Of a DNA stretch of 64,000 nucleotides, positions 9,367 to 17,829 are shown piece by piece. The stretch's first letter is position 1. Each line of letters opens with the position of its first letter. The position numbers and the translations under genes are program-made. This DNA comes from Bryobacterales bacterium (GTDB lineage Bacteria > Acidobacteriota > Terriglobia > Bryobacterales > UBA6623), in contig CBDBHC010000001.1 in assembly GCA_965205445.1 (NCBI GenBank), forward strand, positions 749,368-813,367. Direction: 5' to 3'. The notes under the pieces were generated by a model. That model did not search any database. It was not told the DNA's origin and saw only the letters and a program-made list of their open reading frames with translations.

Positions 9367-9726
9367 TCAGGAACCGGACGGTTTCCTGAGGTAGGTGTCG
9401 TCGCCCTGGATCCAGTCCTGCCGGACCGGCTGGAACACATCCATCGCGACAGAGTCCTCAAGCGCCACGACGCGATGCGGCTCGTTGGAAGCGATCTCGA
9501 CAAGATCGCCAGCCTTGGCCGTGATCTCCCGGTCGTCGAACTGGAACAGCAGCGAGCCGGCCAGCACGTGGCTGATCTGCTCGTTCTCGTGGCTGTGGCG
9601 CGGCACGATGCCGCCCGTCTTGATCATGATCCGCGCGGTCGTCATGCGCTCGCTGTGGATCACGCGCCGCGAGGCGGTCTCACTGAGATCCTCGAGTTCG
9701 ACTTCGTCCCAAGAATGAAGCTTCAT
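9367..9726 (-). CDS. Cupin-domain protein
   Basis: 119 aa. GGIVPRHSHENEQISHVLAG ... GDLVEIASNEPHRV matches the two-motif cupin_2 pattern. Confidence 0.8.
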   Translation of the reverse strand: MKLHSWDEVELEDLSETASRRVIHSERMTTARIMIKTGGIVPRHSHENEQISHVLAGSLLFQFDDREITAKAGDLVEIASNEPHRVVALEDSVAMDVFQPVRQDWIQGDDTYLRKPSGS

Positions 9727-9880
9727 AGCACCAGGGCAGGCGAAACCAAGGGTTCCGCCGCTTGCACAACCCTCTCATTATACGGAAGCGATTCGCCAAC
9801 CGTTTGCGGGCACGGGATGGGACCAGCAGACGCGGTTCCCGCGAGAGGTCAACTCCGGCGGTTCCGGACCGTGCGATAGA

Positions 9881-10240
9881 ATGGCGATACCGCCAGGGAT
9901 GGAACAGGCGAAGAGCATCCTCCCTCGACTGTTCCAGCAGGACCAGGCTCCATTCCTCGACGAACTCGACCTGATCCGAGGGTACTGGCCGGAAACGGTG
10001 GGCCCCCTGCTCGCGGAGCGTTCGACGCCAGTTGGTGTCCGGTCGGCAACGCTGGTGGTGGAGGTGCGGGATCCGCCGTACCGGGAGCTGCTCGCGCCGA
10101 TGCGGGACCAGATTGTCGCCTGCCTGCGGGCGGAGCTCCGTAACACCTCGGTCCGGACCATCGAGTTCCGTCTAGCGGACGACAAGGAAAACGTAGGGAG
10201 CGCCGCACGCCATGAAGATCACGCCGGAAGAAGTGCGTAG
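9881..10240 (+). CDS. DUF721 (DciA-like) protein
   Basis: 119 aa. IRGYWPETVGPLLAERSTPVGVRSATLVVEVRDPPYRELL fits the DUF721 pattern (W..ivG..la..t.p..l..g.L.v.v.ss.w..eL). An alternative ATG lies at 9899. The gene overlaps gatC by 29 nt. Confidence 0.6.
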   Translation: MAIPPGMEQAKSILPRLFQQDQAPFLDELDLIRGYWPETVGPLLAERSTPVGVRSATLVVEVRDPPYRELLAPMRDQIVACLRAELRNTSVRTIEFRLADDKENVGSAARHEDHAGRSA

Positions 10241-10505
10241 GATCGCAAGACTCGCGAATCTCCGCTTGAGCGCCGAGGACACAGCCCGGTACGCACGGGA
10301 CCTTGAGGAGATCCTGGCCTACGTGGACCAGCTCAACGAGCTCGACACCACCGGCGTGGAACCCATGGCGCAGGTGCTGCACGAGGGCAACGCCCCGCTT
10401 CGTCCCGACGATCCGGGTGGCAGCTTCAATCAGACCACGGCCCTGCGGTGCGCACCGCTGTCGGGGGCGGGGCACTTCAAGGTCCCGAGGGTGATCGAGC
10501 GCTGA
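10212..10505 (+). CDS. gatC: Asp/Glu-tRNA(Asn/Gln) amidotransferase subunit C
   Basis: MKITPEEVRRIARLANLRLSAED...YVDQLNELDT is a typical GatC. It lies directly upstream of gatA. Confidence 0.9.
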   Translation: MKITPEEVRRIARLANLRLSAEDTARYARDLEEILAYVDQLNELDTTGVEPMAQVLHEGNAPLRPDDPGGSFNQTTALRCAPLSGAGHFKVPRVIER

Positions 10506-10512
10506 GGCCCCG

Positions 10513-11961
10513 ATGCAGGATTACCGCGAACTCACCGTCGAGTCGATCCGGCAGGGACTGCAGGAGCGGCGTTTCAGCGCGAAGGAACTCGCCCAGGAAG
10601 CGTTGAGAACCGCTGAGGCCGACAACGATGTGTCCGGCGTGTTCCTGAGCTTCACGCCGGAGCGGGCACTCGCGGCGGCCGATCGCGTCGACTGCCGGCT
10701 CGCGGCCGGCGAGGACATCGGTCGCCTCGAGGGCGTGCCTCTCGCCGTCAAGGACGTGATCATGACCGAGGGCGAGAGGACGACCTGCGCATCGCGCGCG
10801 CTCGAAGAGTTCATCGCGCCCTACAGCGCGACCGCCGTCAAGGCTGTCGAGCGTGCCGGGGCCATTGTCGTGGGCAAGACCAACTGCGACGAGTTTGCCA
10901 TGGGTTCGTCGAACGAGAACTCCGCGTTCTACCCGGTGCGGAACCCTGCCGATCCGGACCGCGTGCCGGGGGGGTCGAGCGGAGGGTCGGCAGCCGCGGT
11001 CGCGGGGGGCTACACGCCTGTTTCACTCGGCTCGGACACCGGCGGGTCGATTCGCCAGCCGGCGTCGTTCTGCGGTGCGGTCGGAGTCATGCCGACGTAC
11101 GGCCGCGTTTCGCGCTATGGCCTCGTCGCATTCGCGAGCTCGCTGGATCACATCGGACCGTTCTCAAGGACTGTCAGGGACGCGGCGACCCTGCTGGGGA
11201 CGATTGCCGGCGGGGACCCGTTCGACTCGACCGCGGCGGAGATCGCGGTGCCCGATTACGCGCGCGCGCTGAGCGCGAATATCGAAGGCCTGAAGATCGG
11301 AATCCCGGCGGAGTACTTCGCGGACGGCCTCGATCCGGAGGTCGGAGCCCGCATCGATGCCGGCATCGGCAGGCTGGAGCGGCTGGGGTGCAAGGCCGTG
11401 AGAATCAGCCTGCCGCACACGAAGTACGCGATCGCGAGCTACTACCTGATCTGCACGGCGGAAGCAAGCTCGAACCTGGCCCGCTACGACGGAGTGCGCT
11501 ATTCCAGACGCTCCGCGAGTTCGGGCAACCTGAGCGACATGTACCGCAATTCGCGGGCCGAGGGCTTCGGCCCGGAAGTCACCCGCAGGATCATCCTCGG
11601 GACCTATGTCCTGAGCGCAGGCTACTACGACGCGTACTACAAGAAAGCGCAGGAAGTCCGCGCCTTGGTCGCTCGCGATTTCTCCGAAGCATTCGACGAG
11701 GTGGATGCAATCGTTACGCCCGTCTCGCCGTTTCCCGCGTTCAAGCTCGGAGAAAAGACGAGCGATCCTCTACAGATGTATCTCTCCGACATCTACACGA
11801 TCACGGGAAGCCTGGCGGGCATTGCCGGCATGAGCGTTCCATGTGGCACGAGTCCCGAGGGCCTGCCGGTCGGCATGCAAATCCTAACCAACCACTTCCA
11901 GGAGCAGACAATGCTGAACCTGGGCCACGCGTTCGAGCTGGACGGCGGATTCGAGGGCTAG
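10513..11961 (+). CDS. gatA: Asp/Glu-tRNA(Asn/Gln) amidotransferase subunit A
   Basis: Amidase signature GGSSGGSAAAVA and GSDTGGSIRQPA. 482 aa. Confidence 0.95.
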   Translation: MQDYRELTVESIRQGLQERRFSAKELAQEALRTAEADNDVSGVFLSFTPERALAAADRVDCRLAAGEDIGRLEGVPLAVKDVIMTEGERTTCASRALEEFIAPYSATAVKAVERAGAIVVGKTNCDEFAMGSSNENSAFYPVRNPADPDRVPGGSSGGSAAAVAGGYTPVSLGSDTGGSIRQPASFCGAVGVMPTYGRVSRYGLVAFASSLDHIGPFSRTVRDAATLLGTIAGGDPFDSTAAEIAVPDYARALSANIEGLKIGIPAEYFADGLDPEVGARIDAGIGRLERLGCKAVRISLPHTKYAIASYYLICTAEASSNLARYDGVRYSRRSASSGNLSDMYRNSRAEGFGPEVTRRIILGTYVLSAGYYDAYYKKAQEVRALVARDFSEAFDEVDAIVTPVSPFPAFKLGEKTSDPLQMYLSDIYTITGSLAGIAGMSVPCGTSPEGLPVGMQILTNHFQEQTMLNLGHAFELDGGFEG

Positions 11962-12026
11962 AGCGCGCGAACACCCGTCGCCGGCCTTGAACCCCGGGTC
12001 CTTTCGCCGCGAAACTGAAACGAAGC

Positions 12027-12866
12027 ATGGCGAGGGGCGTCGTTTACCTGGTCGCGACACCGCTGGGCAACCTTGAGGACATCACGCTGCGGGCGTTGAG
12101 AACCCTCCGGGAGGCCGACCTGATCGCCTGCGAGGACACCCGGCACACCGGTCGACTGCTGGAGCATTTCAAGATCGACAAGCCGCTGCTGAGCTGTCAC
12201 GAGCACAACGAGCCAGCACGTGCCCGGGACATCGCGGCACGCGCCGCCGGCGGCGCGTCGATCGCGTTGGTTTCCGACGCCGGCACTCCTGGCATTTCCG
12301 ACCCGGGGTTCCGGGTGGTTCGCGCCGCCCTGGAGGCCGGAGTGGAAGTCGTGCCAATCCCGGGACCGAGCGCGGTCGTTGCAGCGCTGTCGGCTTCCGG
12401 GCTTCCCACGGACAGCTTTCTCTTCAAGGGGTTTCTGCCTCCGAGAAAGGCACCTCGGCGGGTCGCGTTGCGCGCCCTTGCGGCATCTCGCTCCACGCTT
12501 GTCCTCTACGAAGCCCCCCACCGCATCCTGGCGACGCTGGCGGATCTGCGGGACGTGATGGGAAACCGACGAGTCGCGATTGCGCGGGAGATGACAAAGC
12601 TCCACGAGGAGTTCCTCCGGGGCACGGCCGGCTCCCTGCTGGAAGAGCTGGCCGGCCGGCCGGCCGTCAAAGGGGAACTCGTCGTCCTTGTCGCGCCGGA
12701 CCAGAGCGTGCCGCCACCTCCAGAAGAATCCTTGGCGGAAAGGGTTAGACAGCTGGAACGGGACGGCAATCCACGCATGGACGCGATCAAGCAGGCTGCT
12801 CGCGAGCGCGGGATCAGCAAGCGGGAGGCATACGCACAAGTTCAAGAAGCTAAGTTCGAAGCCTAG
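12027..12866 (+). CDS. rsmI: 16S rRNA (cytidine1402-2'-O)-methyltransferase
   Basis: VYLVATPLGNLEDITLRALRTLREADLIACEDTRHTGRLL. 279 aa. Confidence 0.9.
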   Translation: MARGVVYLVATPLGNLEDITLRALRTLREADLIACEDTRHTGRLLEHFKIDKPLLSCHEHNEPARARDIAARAAGGASIALVSDAGTPGISDPGFRVVRAALEAGVEVVPIPGPSAVVAALSASGLPTDSFLFKGFLPPRKAPRRVALRALAASRSTLVLYEAPHRILATLADLRDVMGNRRVAIAREMTKLHEEFLRGTAGSLLEELAGRPAVKGELVVLVAPDQSVPPPPEESLAERVRQLERDGNPRMDAIKQAARERGISKREAYAQVQEAKFEA

Positions 12867-12878
12867 CCCCAACTTACA

Positions 12879-12897
12879 CCGTCCAATAACTGGACGG
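12879..12897 (+). terminator. Weak terminator-like hairpin after rsmI
   Basis: CCGTCCA-ataac-TGGACGG, a 7-bp stem 13 nt after the rsmI stop. There is no clear T-tract. Confidence 0.3.
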
Positions 12898-13045
12898 GCT
12901 TGACTCGGTCAGCGAGGAGTATAGTCCCTAACTTCTTTGTCTTCAATGGCGTTGCGCGAGCGCGCGCGCCGCAAGCGGGCGTCGTGCGGTCCGATTTGGC
13001 GTCTGAAAACCTGAAGTCCTAGTCATACATTATCCGCCGGTTCGC

Positions 13046-13074
13046 TTGACATACCAGCAGATATTTGGTTTAAT
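13046..13074 (+). promoter_or_regulatory. Sigma70-like promoter for the transposase
   Basis: TTGACA (13046-13051), a 17-nt spacer, then TTTAAT (13069-13074), about 47 nt upstream of the ATG at 13121. It is bracketed by the 10-bp inverted repeat TCATACATTA (13023-13032) / TAATGTATGA (13071-13080). Confidence 0.5.
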
Positions 13075-13120
13075 GTATGAAGCCTAAGCAGATCCACCGC
13101 CCAACGTTCCTAGTCATACA

Positions 13121-14887
13121 ATGCACATCACCTCCACCTACGCCCGCAAGTCCCCCTGCCACCTCCTCCGCGAATCCTACTGGGACAACGGCAAGGTCAG
13201 GAAACGCACCCTCGCCAACCTCTCCGCCCTCCCCCAGCACCTCATCGACCTCCTCCGCCTCGCCCTCGCCAACCGCCTCCCCCTCGCCAACGACGGCTCC
13301 GGCCTCCTACCCGGCCCCGCCCGCCAGCACGGCGCCGTCAGCGCCATCCTCGGCACCATCCGCCTGCTCCGCCTCGACCGCGTCCTCTTCCACCAGCCCT
13401 CCCGCTCCCGCTCCCTCGTCCTCGCCATGATCGCCTCCCGCCTGCTCCGCCCCGGCTCCAAGCTGCGCGTCGAACGCGAACTCGGCCCCGCCGGCCAGTC
13501 CACCCTCGCCGCCCTGCTCGACCTGAGCAACGCCTCCGCCGACGACCTCTATGACGCCATGGACTGGCTCGCCACCCGCCAGCACGCCATCGAGCGCAAG
13601 CTCGCCGCCGCCCACCTGCAGGGCGCTCCCCTCGCCCTCTACGACGTGAGCTCCTCCTACCTGGAAGGCTCCCGCTGCGAACTCGCCGCCCGCGGCTACT
13701 CCCGCGACCACCGCGGGGACCGGCCCCAGATCGTCTACGGCCTGCTGTGCAGCCCCGAGGGCTGCCCCGTCGCCGTGCAGGCCTTCCCCGGCAACACCGC
13801 CGATCCCTCCACCCTGGCCGACCAGGTGCGCGCCTTGCGCGAGCGCTTCGGCCTGCGCCGCATCGCCCTGGTCGGGGACCGCGGCATGATCGCCAGCACC
13901 CGCATCGAGGAGGATCTCAAGCCGGCCGGCCTGGACTGGATCACGGCCCTGCGCAACGACACCATCCGCCGGCTGGCGCGGGAGGAGGTCATCCAGCCGG
14001 GGCTGTTCGACACCTGGGGCCTGGCCAGCGTGACCTGCGAGGACTTCCCCGACGAGCGCCTGCTGGTGTGCTTCAACCCGCTGGTGGCGACCGAGCGGCG
14101 GCGCAAGCGGGAGGAGCTGCTGCGAGCGACCGAGGAGGAGGCCGCGGAGCTGGCGGCGCGCTACGCGGACGGCAAGTACGACCGGGACGAGTTCAACCGG
14201 CGCCTGGGCGGGCTGCGGCGGCGGCGCATGGGCAAGCACTTCGAGTGGGCGTTCGAGGAGGGCACGGGACGGTTCTCCTCGCGGCGCAAGGAGGAGTCGA
14301 TCCGGGAGGAAGCTCGCCTGGACGGGATCTACGTGATCCGCACGAGCCTGGAGGAGGAGGCGCTGGGGGACCGCGAGACGGTGGCGGCGTACAAGAGCCT
14401 GGCGCGGGTGGAGCGGGCGTTCCGGTCGATGAAGTCGCTGCTGGCGGTGCGGCCGGTGTTCCACTGGAAGGAGCGGCGGGTGCGGGCGCATCTGCTGCTG
14501 TGCATGCTGGCCTACTACGTGGAGTGGCACATGCGGCAGCGGCTGGCGCCGCTGCTGTTCGCGGACGAGCGGGAGGACCAGCCCGGGGGGCCGGTCAGTC
14601 CGCGGGAGCGGTCGGAGGCAGCGAAGGCGAAGGACCGCACGCGGCGGTCCAGGGAGGGGGACCTGCCGCTGCAGAGCTTCCCGGACCTGCTGGGGAGCCT
14701 GTCGTCGCTGACGGCGATGGAGTTGCGGCTGGAGGCGGCACCGGAGCATCGAGTGCAGATGCTGAGCGCGCTCGAACCGCTGCAGGAGCGAGCGTTCAAG
14801 CTGCTGGGGATCCAGCCGCACGCGGCACCGCCGCTGGAACAGGAGCGGGCCGCCCAGTCAGAACCTAGTCACCAGGCGCAGGTTTGA
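13121..14887 (+). CDS. IS1634-family (IS4 superfamily) DDE transposase
   Basis: The N-terminus LLRESYWDNGKVRKRTLANLSALP is characteristic of IS1634 transposases. Candidate DDE residues are YDVSSSY, LVGDRGM and YKSLARVERAFRSMKS. 588 aa. Confidence 0.85.
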   Translation: MHITSTYARKSPCHLLRESYWDNGKVRKRTLANLSALPQHLIDLLRLALANRLPLANDGSGLLPGPARQHGAVSAILGTIRLLRLDRVLFHQPSRSRSLVLAMIASRLLRPGSKLRVERELGPAGQSTLAALLDLSNASADDLYDAMDWLATRQHAIERKLAAAHLQGAPLALYDVSSSYLEGSRCELAARGYSRDHRGDRPQIVYGLLCSPEGCPVAVQAFPGNTADPSTLADQVRALRERFGLRRIALVGDRGMIASTRIEEDLKPAGLDWITALRNDTIRRLAREEVIQPGLFDTWGLASVTCEDFPDERLLVCFNPLVATERRRKREELLRATEEEAAELAARYADGKYDRDEFNRRLGGLRRRRMGKHFEWAFEEGTGRFSSRRKEESIREEARLDGIYVIRTSLEEEALGDRETVAAYKSLARVERAFRSMKSLLAVRPVFHWKERRVRAHLLLCMLAYYVEWHMRQRLAPLLFADEREDQPGGPVSPRERSEAAKAKDRTRRSREGDLPLQSFPDLLGSLSSLTAMELRLEAAPEHRVQMLSALEPLQERAFKLLGIQPHAAPPLEQERAAQSEPSHQAQV

Positions 14888-15165
14888 AACCCGTGCGGAC
14901 AGCCGTCGGGAACGCGGGAAATCCTCAGTGCTCCGGAAGGCTAATCCTTTCCATGACAACGACTTCAATCCAACGAAAATCCATCGCAACCCACTTCAGG
15001 TCCCATTCCGGTACCGTGGAAGTTGGGCCTAGCGAGTCGCGTCACGCTCCGAGGTCGGGAAGTGCAGCGATTTGGAATTGAGTGACAATTCGAACCAAGC
15101 GCGAAGCGTTGCGCCGCACCAATTCGCACGGTCGGTTCCTGCTGGTCTCGTCGAGATGCTCCGTG

Positions 15166-15807
15166 CTACTTGCGCCGGCCAGCCGCGAGACCCCCGGAAG
15201 GTTGCCTCACCGACCGCGGTAACGACCGGCAATTCACCGCGTTGGATGCACCGATCAGATCAACTACCCACTGCAAGTAGTGTGTGGGAACTCGCATGCG
15301 CCCCCGAGACAGCGCATTAAAGACTGCCTCGGAGAGGAGTTCTCGACCAAACACGGACTTGACTCGGTGGTGAGTAAAGACGTCCAAGGTGACGCCTGTC
15401 AAGAGATTGGGAAATCTCTCGGAGCAGATACGGAGGGCTTTCCTTTCGTCGATGAGGGCAATCGCACGAAGGTCGAGAGCACTCGCGATCGTGGCTGCTT
15501 CGCCATCTCCCAACGTTTGCCCAGCCGAGCCTTCAGCAAGCCCTCGGAATCTCCGCATTCCTGCGGGGCTCAGTGTCACCGTTTCCGCCCATCCGTGCGA
15601 ATTCGGATCCGCAATCGAACTCGCCGTACCGCTGACCCTTGCCTGACCACGCTCGACCTCGTCTGCAACTCCCTCTGTTATGAGCATGCGGTTTGGTAGG
15701 GCGTCCATGATTAAATCGACGTAGCCGCTTGCGTTCAGGTTGATGACCACACTGGCGTCTGCGACTACCGGGACGGCGGAGTCATTCAGGCAGTTCGGGG
15801 GCTCCAT
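15166..15807 (-). CDS. PIN-domain protein (COG2405/DUF3368-like putative nuclease)
   Basis: ORF 15166..15867 with the start moved to the ATG at 15807 (MEPPNCLNDSAVPVVADASVVINL). Acidic PIN-like positions are VVADASVVI, GVADEVE, GDGEAATIA and LIDERKA. It overlaps the upstream XRE-peptidase gene by 26 nt. Confidence 0.6.
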   Translation of the reverse strand: MEPPNCLNDSAVPVVADASVVINLNASGYVDLIMDALPNRMLITEGVADEVERGQARVSGTASSIADPNSHGWAETVTLSPAGMRRFRGLAEGSAGQTLGDGEAATIASALDLRAIALIDERKALRICSERFPNLLTGVTLDVFTHHRVKSVFGRELLSEAVFNALSRGRMRVPTHYLQWVVDLIGASNAVNCRSLPRSVRQPSGGLAAGRRK

Positions 15808-16975
15808 CCGCCATGCTCCTTTCGTCCTCGACCTCGTCCAGGAGCTCCCGAATCTGAATGCGATCAAGCCGCAGCAGGTCAGCGAGCTGGCCCTCGCTAA
15901 GTAGGTCCTGACGCCAAGCCTCTGCCGCTAGCAGCCTTATGCGCAGGGTCGTAGAGCGGGGCGCAATTGTCTCGACTTCACTATCCTCAACCAAGTCACC
16001 TAGAACCTCTAGCGCTTGTTGATTCATGATCCCGCCATGCTCTTGGAACCAGTCCCACGTGCCGTGTTTGGTGAGACTAAGTTCTTCAAGTCGTCGAGTC
16101 ATTGCCTCGTGGGACACACCGAAGTAATTTGCCAATACCATGATGTGACGGCGAGTCAGCTTAGAAGCACCGGCCGTGATCTCTCGAAACCGTTGCGTGA
16201 CCGTGCGGACAGGAGTGAGAAAGGCTCGTCCGAAAGCGTCCGCGTAACGCTCTTCCCTTGATTTCCTGAATCCATCGGCACGCATCAAGGTAGGCGTCCC
16301 GCGGCTGGACATGAAGTGCCCGAGTTCGTGTGCAGCTGTCTGGTTGATTCGCTGGATTGGATGCTTCGCGTTGAGGAGCATGCACGCGCCACAGTCTTGT
16401 TCGAACGCGAAGAGCCCGGAAACCTTCGACTCGATAGGCCGGATGTAAACGCGTACTCCGATGTCTAGTTCGAGGAGACTCACCATGTCACGAACGGGGG
16501 CCAAGCCCAATCCGAGCCAGTGCCTCAACTCGGTGGCGTCGTGTTCGGCCTGAGCAACCAAGTTCCCTGGCATGATGGGCCGCTCCGGGGGATAGTTGAA
16601 GGCTCGACCGACACCAAGCAGAGCCTCCAGTTCAACTTCTGCTCGAACAAGGTCCTCGAAAATCCTTGCGGCTGCATCGCCGGCCGGGTCTCTACTGCCG
16701 GTAAGCTTTCGAAACCTAGGCGCAAATTCAACAAACACAGCTTCGCGCCTGAGAATGGTGTTTACGGACGTTTCGTACGCGCGCGCGAGAAGCACCATTT
16801 CGCTGGTGCGAACCCGTCTGTCTCCTTTCTCGATCGCCACTACGGTCGTCCTTGCGGTGCCAATACGAGACGCAGCTTCTGCCTGCGTCATGCCTGCAGC
16901 TTCGCGAGCTACTCTCAGGCGAGCGCCGATAGTGGCTGAACTCAGTGATTCGGGTCCCATCGTGCTAGCTCCCAT
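15782..16975 (-). CDS. XRE-family HTH fused to ImmA/IrrE (COG2856, DUF955) zinc metallopeptidase
   Basis: N-terminal HTH (LRVAREAAGMTQAEAASRIGTARTTVVAIEKGDR) and a central HExxH motif (AAHELGHF). 397 aa. An alternative ATG lies at 16960. Confidence 0.85.
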   Translation of the reverse strand: MGASTMGPESLSSATIGARLRVAREAAGMTQAEAASRIGTARTTVVAIEKGDRRVRTSEMVLLARAYETSVNTILRREAVFVEFAPRFRKLTGSRDPAGDAAARIFEDLVRAEVELEALLGVGRAFNYPPERPIMPGNLVAQAEHDATELRHWLGLGLAPVRDMVSLLELDIGVRVYIRPIESKVSGLFAFEQDCGACMLLNAKHPIQRINQTAAHELGHFMSSRGTPTLMRADGFRKSREERYADAFGRAFLTPVRTVTQRFREITAGASKLTRRHIMVLANYFGVSHEAMTRRLEELSLTKHGTWDWFQEHGGIMNQQALEVLGDLVEDSEVETIAPRSTTLRIRLLAAEAWRQDLLSEGQLADLLRLDRIQIRELLDEVEDERSMADGAPELPE

Positions 16976-17192
16976 TGATCCACTGGGCTATGAACGACCG
17001 GGAGCCCAACGAGTCGACGAATTCGCTCCATTCCTTCTTGTGTTGCCTGAGGAGCCTTTCGAGATTCTTGTGGGCCTCGTTCTCGGGAGATTCCTTGCAT
17101 GCGGTCCAGCCTCGATGGCACGAACCCGCGGCTCCGCTACATCAACGCGGTGTTCCGGCAGATGATTGGTTGTGGATGCTGGAACCGTCATC

Positions 17193-17759
17193 CTAGGGGT
17201 GCTCCGTCGTCCAGCCCGCTCTGGTTTTGCCTGAAGTCCTTTGATTCTCGTCTTGAGGTTCAAGCAATTCGTGAGTGAGACGAGAATTGTCAAGCCCAGA
17301 ACAGACTTGATCAAGTCTCTTCCGAAGGCCAGCGATACCGTTCGTAGACTCCTTGCGGAGGCAGTGTTCCTCAATCTGTCTAGCAGCTCGAGAGGCTCGG
17401 TCGTCGAGCGCGTCTCGGATGCCGCAACTGACGGCCGATTGGCCACATTGGCCGTGCACGACCGCTAGGGCAGTGCGATCGAGAAGCGCGGATGCAAGGG
17501 GATAACCGGCCACACGATCCTGCAGGCCGGGGAGCCGTTCAACTGTTGGCTCACCGAACAGAGAGCCCTGGTCATCGCAAGCGATCTCCAAGATTTGCTT
17601 TGCCAACGACGCGACACGTTCCGAAGCCCAATCGGCCCTCAATGCCGCGCAAACCGCTTGGTTGACTTCCTCCAGCGGGAAGGCGGGCAGCCCTGCGAGG
17701 TACAACACCTTCGTCCAACGTCGCGACATCGGAAAAATCTTGTGAGGGCCGTCAGGCAT
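17193..17759 (-). CDS. Hypothetical protein (possibly the 5' part of a decayed longer gene)
   Basis: 188-aa ORF with protein-like composition in its first ~150 aa and no family recognised. The same frame stays readable to 16965 apart from two stops (see findings). Confidence 0.4.
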   Translation of the reverse strand: MPDGPHKIFPMSRRWTKVLYLAGLPAFPLEEVNQAVCAALRADWASERVASLAKQILEIACDDQGSLFGEPTVERLPGLQDRVAGYPLASALLDRTALAVVHGQCGQSAVSCGIRDALDDRASRAARQIEEHCLRKESTNGIAGLRKRLDQVCSGLDNSRLTHELLEPQDENQRTSGKTRAGWTTEHP

Positions 17760-17771
17760 GGAATTGCTGGG

Positions 17772-17829
17772 ATGTCAGATCGTCAGTGGAAAAATCTGAC
17801 AATGTCAGAACCCATGGTAGCATGTCTGA
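17772..17829. promoter_or_regulatory. Operator-like repeat cluster upstream of the 17759 start
   Basis: ATGTCAGA occurs at 17772-17779 and 17802-17809, and ATGTCTGA at 17822-17829. There is a perfect inverted pair TGTCAGAT (17773-17780) / ATCTGACA (17794-17801). Confidence 0.45.

Larger units (their letters stand above)
13016..14890 (+). mobile_element. IS1634-family insertion sequence (boundaries approximate, no terminal IR pair identified)
   Basis: A complete transposase gene is preceded by repeat-rich AT-richer DNA carrying a near-consensus promoter. The ORF body is visibly more GC-rich than its flanks. Confidence 0.5.

Noticed and set aside
13307-14821. 504-aa minus-strand ORF and 373-aa plus-strand ORF overlapping the transposase gene
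   Set aside because: These are shadow frames of a very GC-rich gene with low-complexity R/P/A/G/Q sequence. The IS1634 transposase frame explains the region.
15085-15105. ATTCGAACC (the complement of the tRNA T-loop GGTTCGAAT) in the island
   Set aside because: The flanking bases do not form a T-stem or acceptor stem, and no cloverleaf can be drawn.
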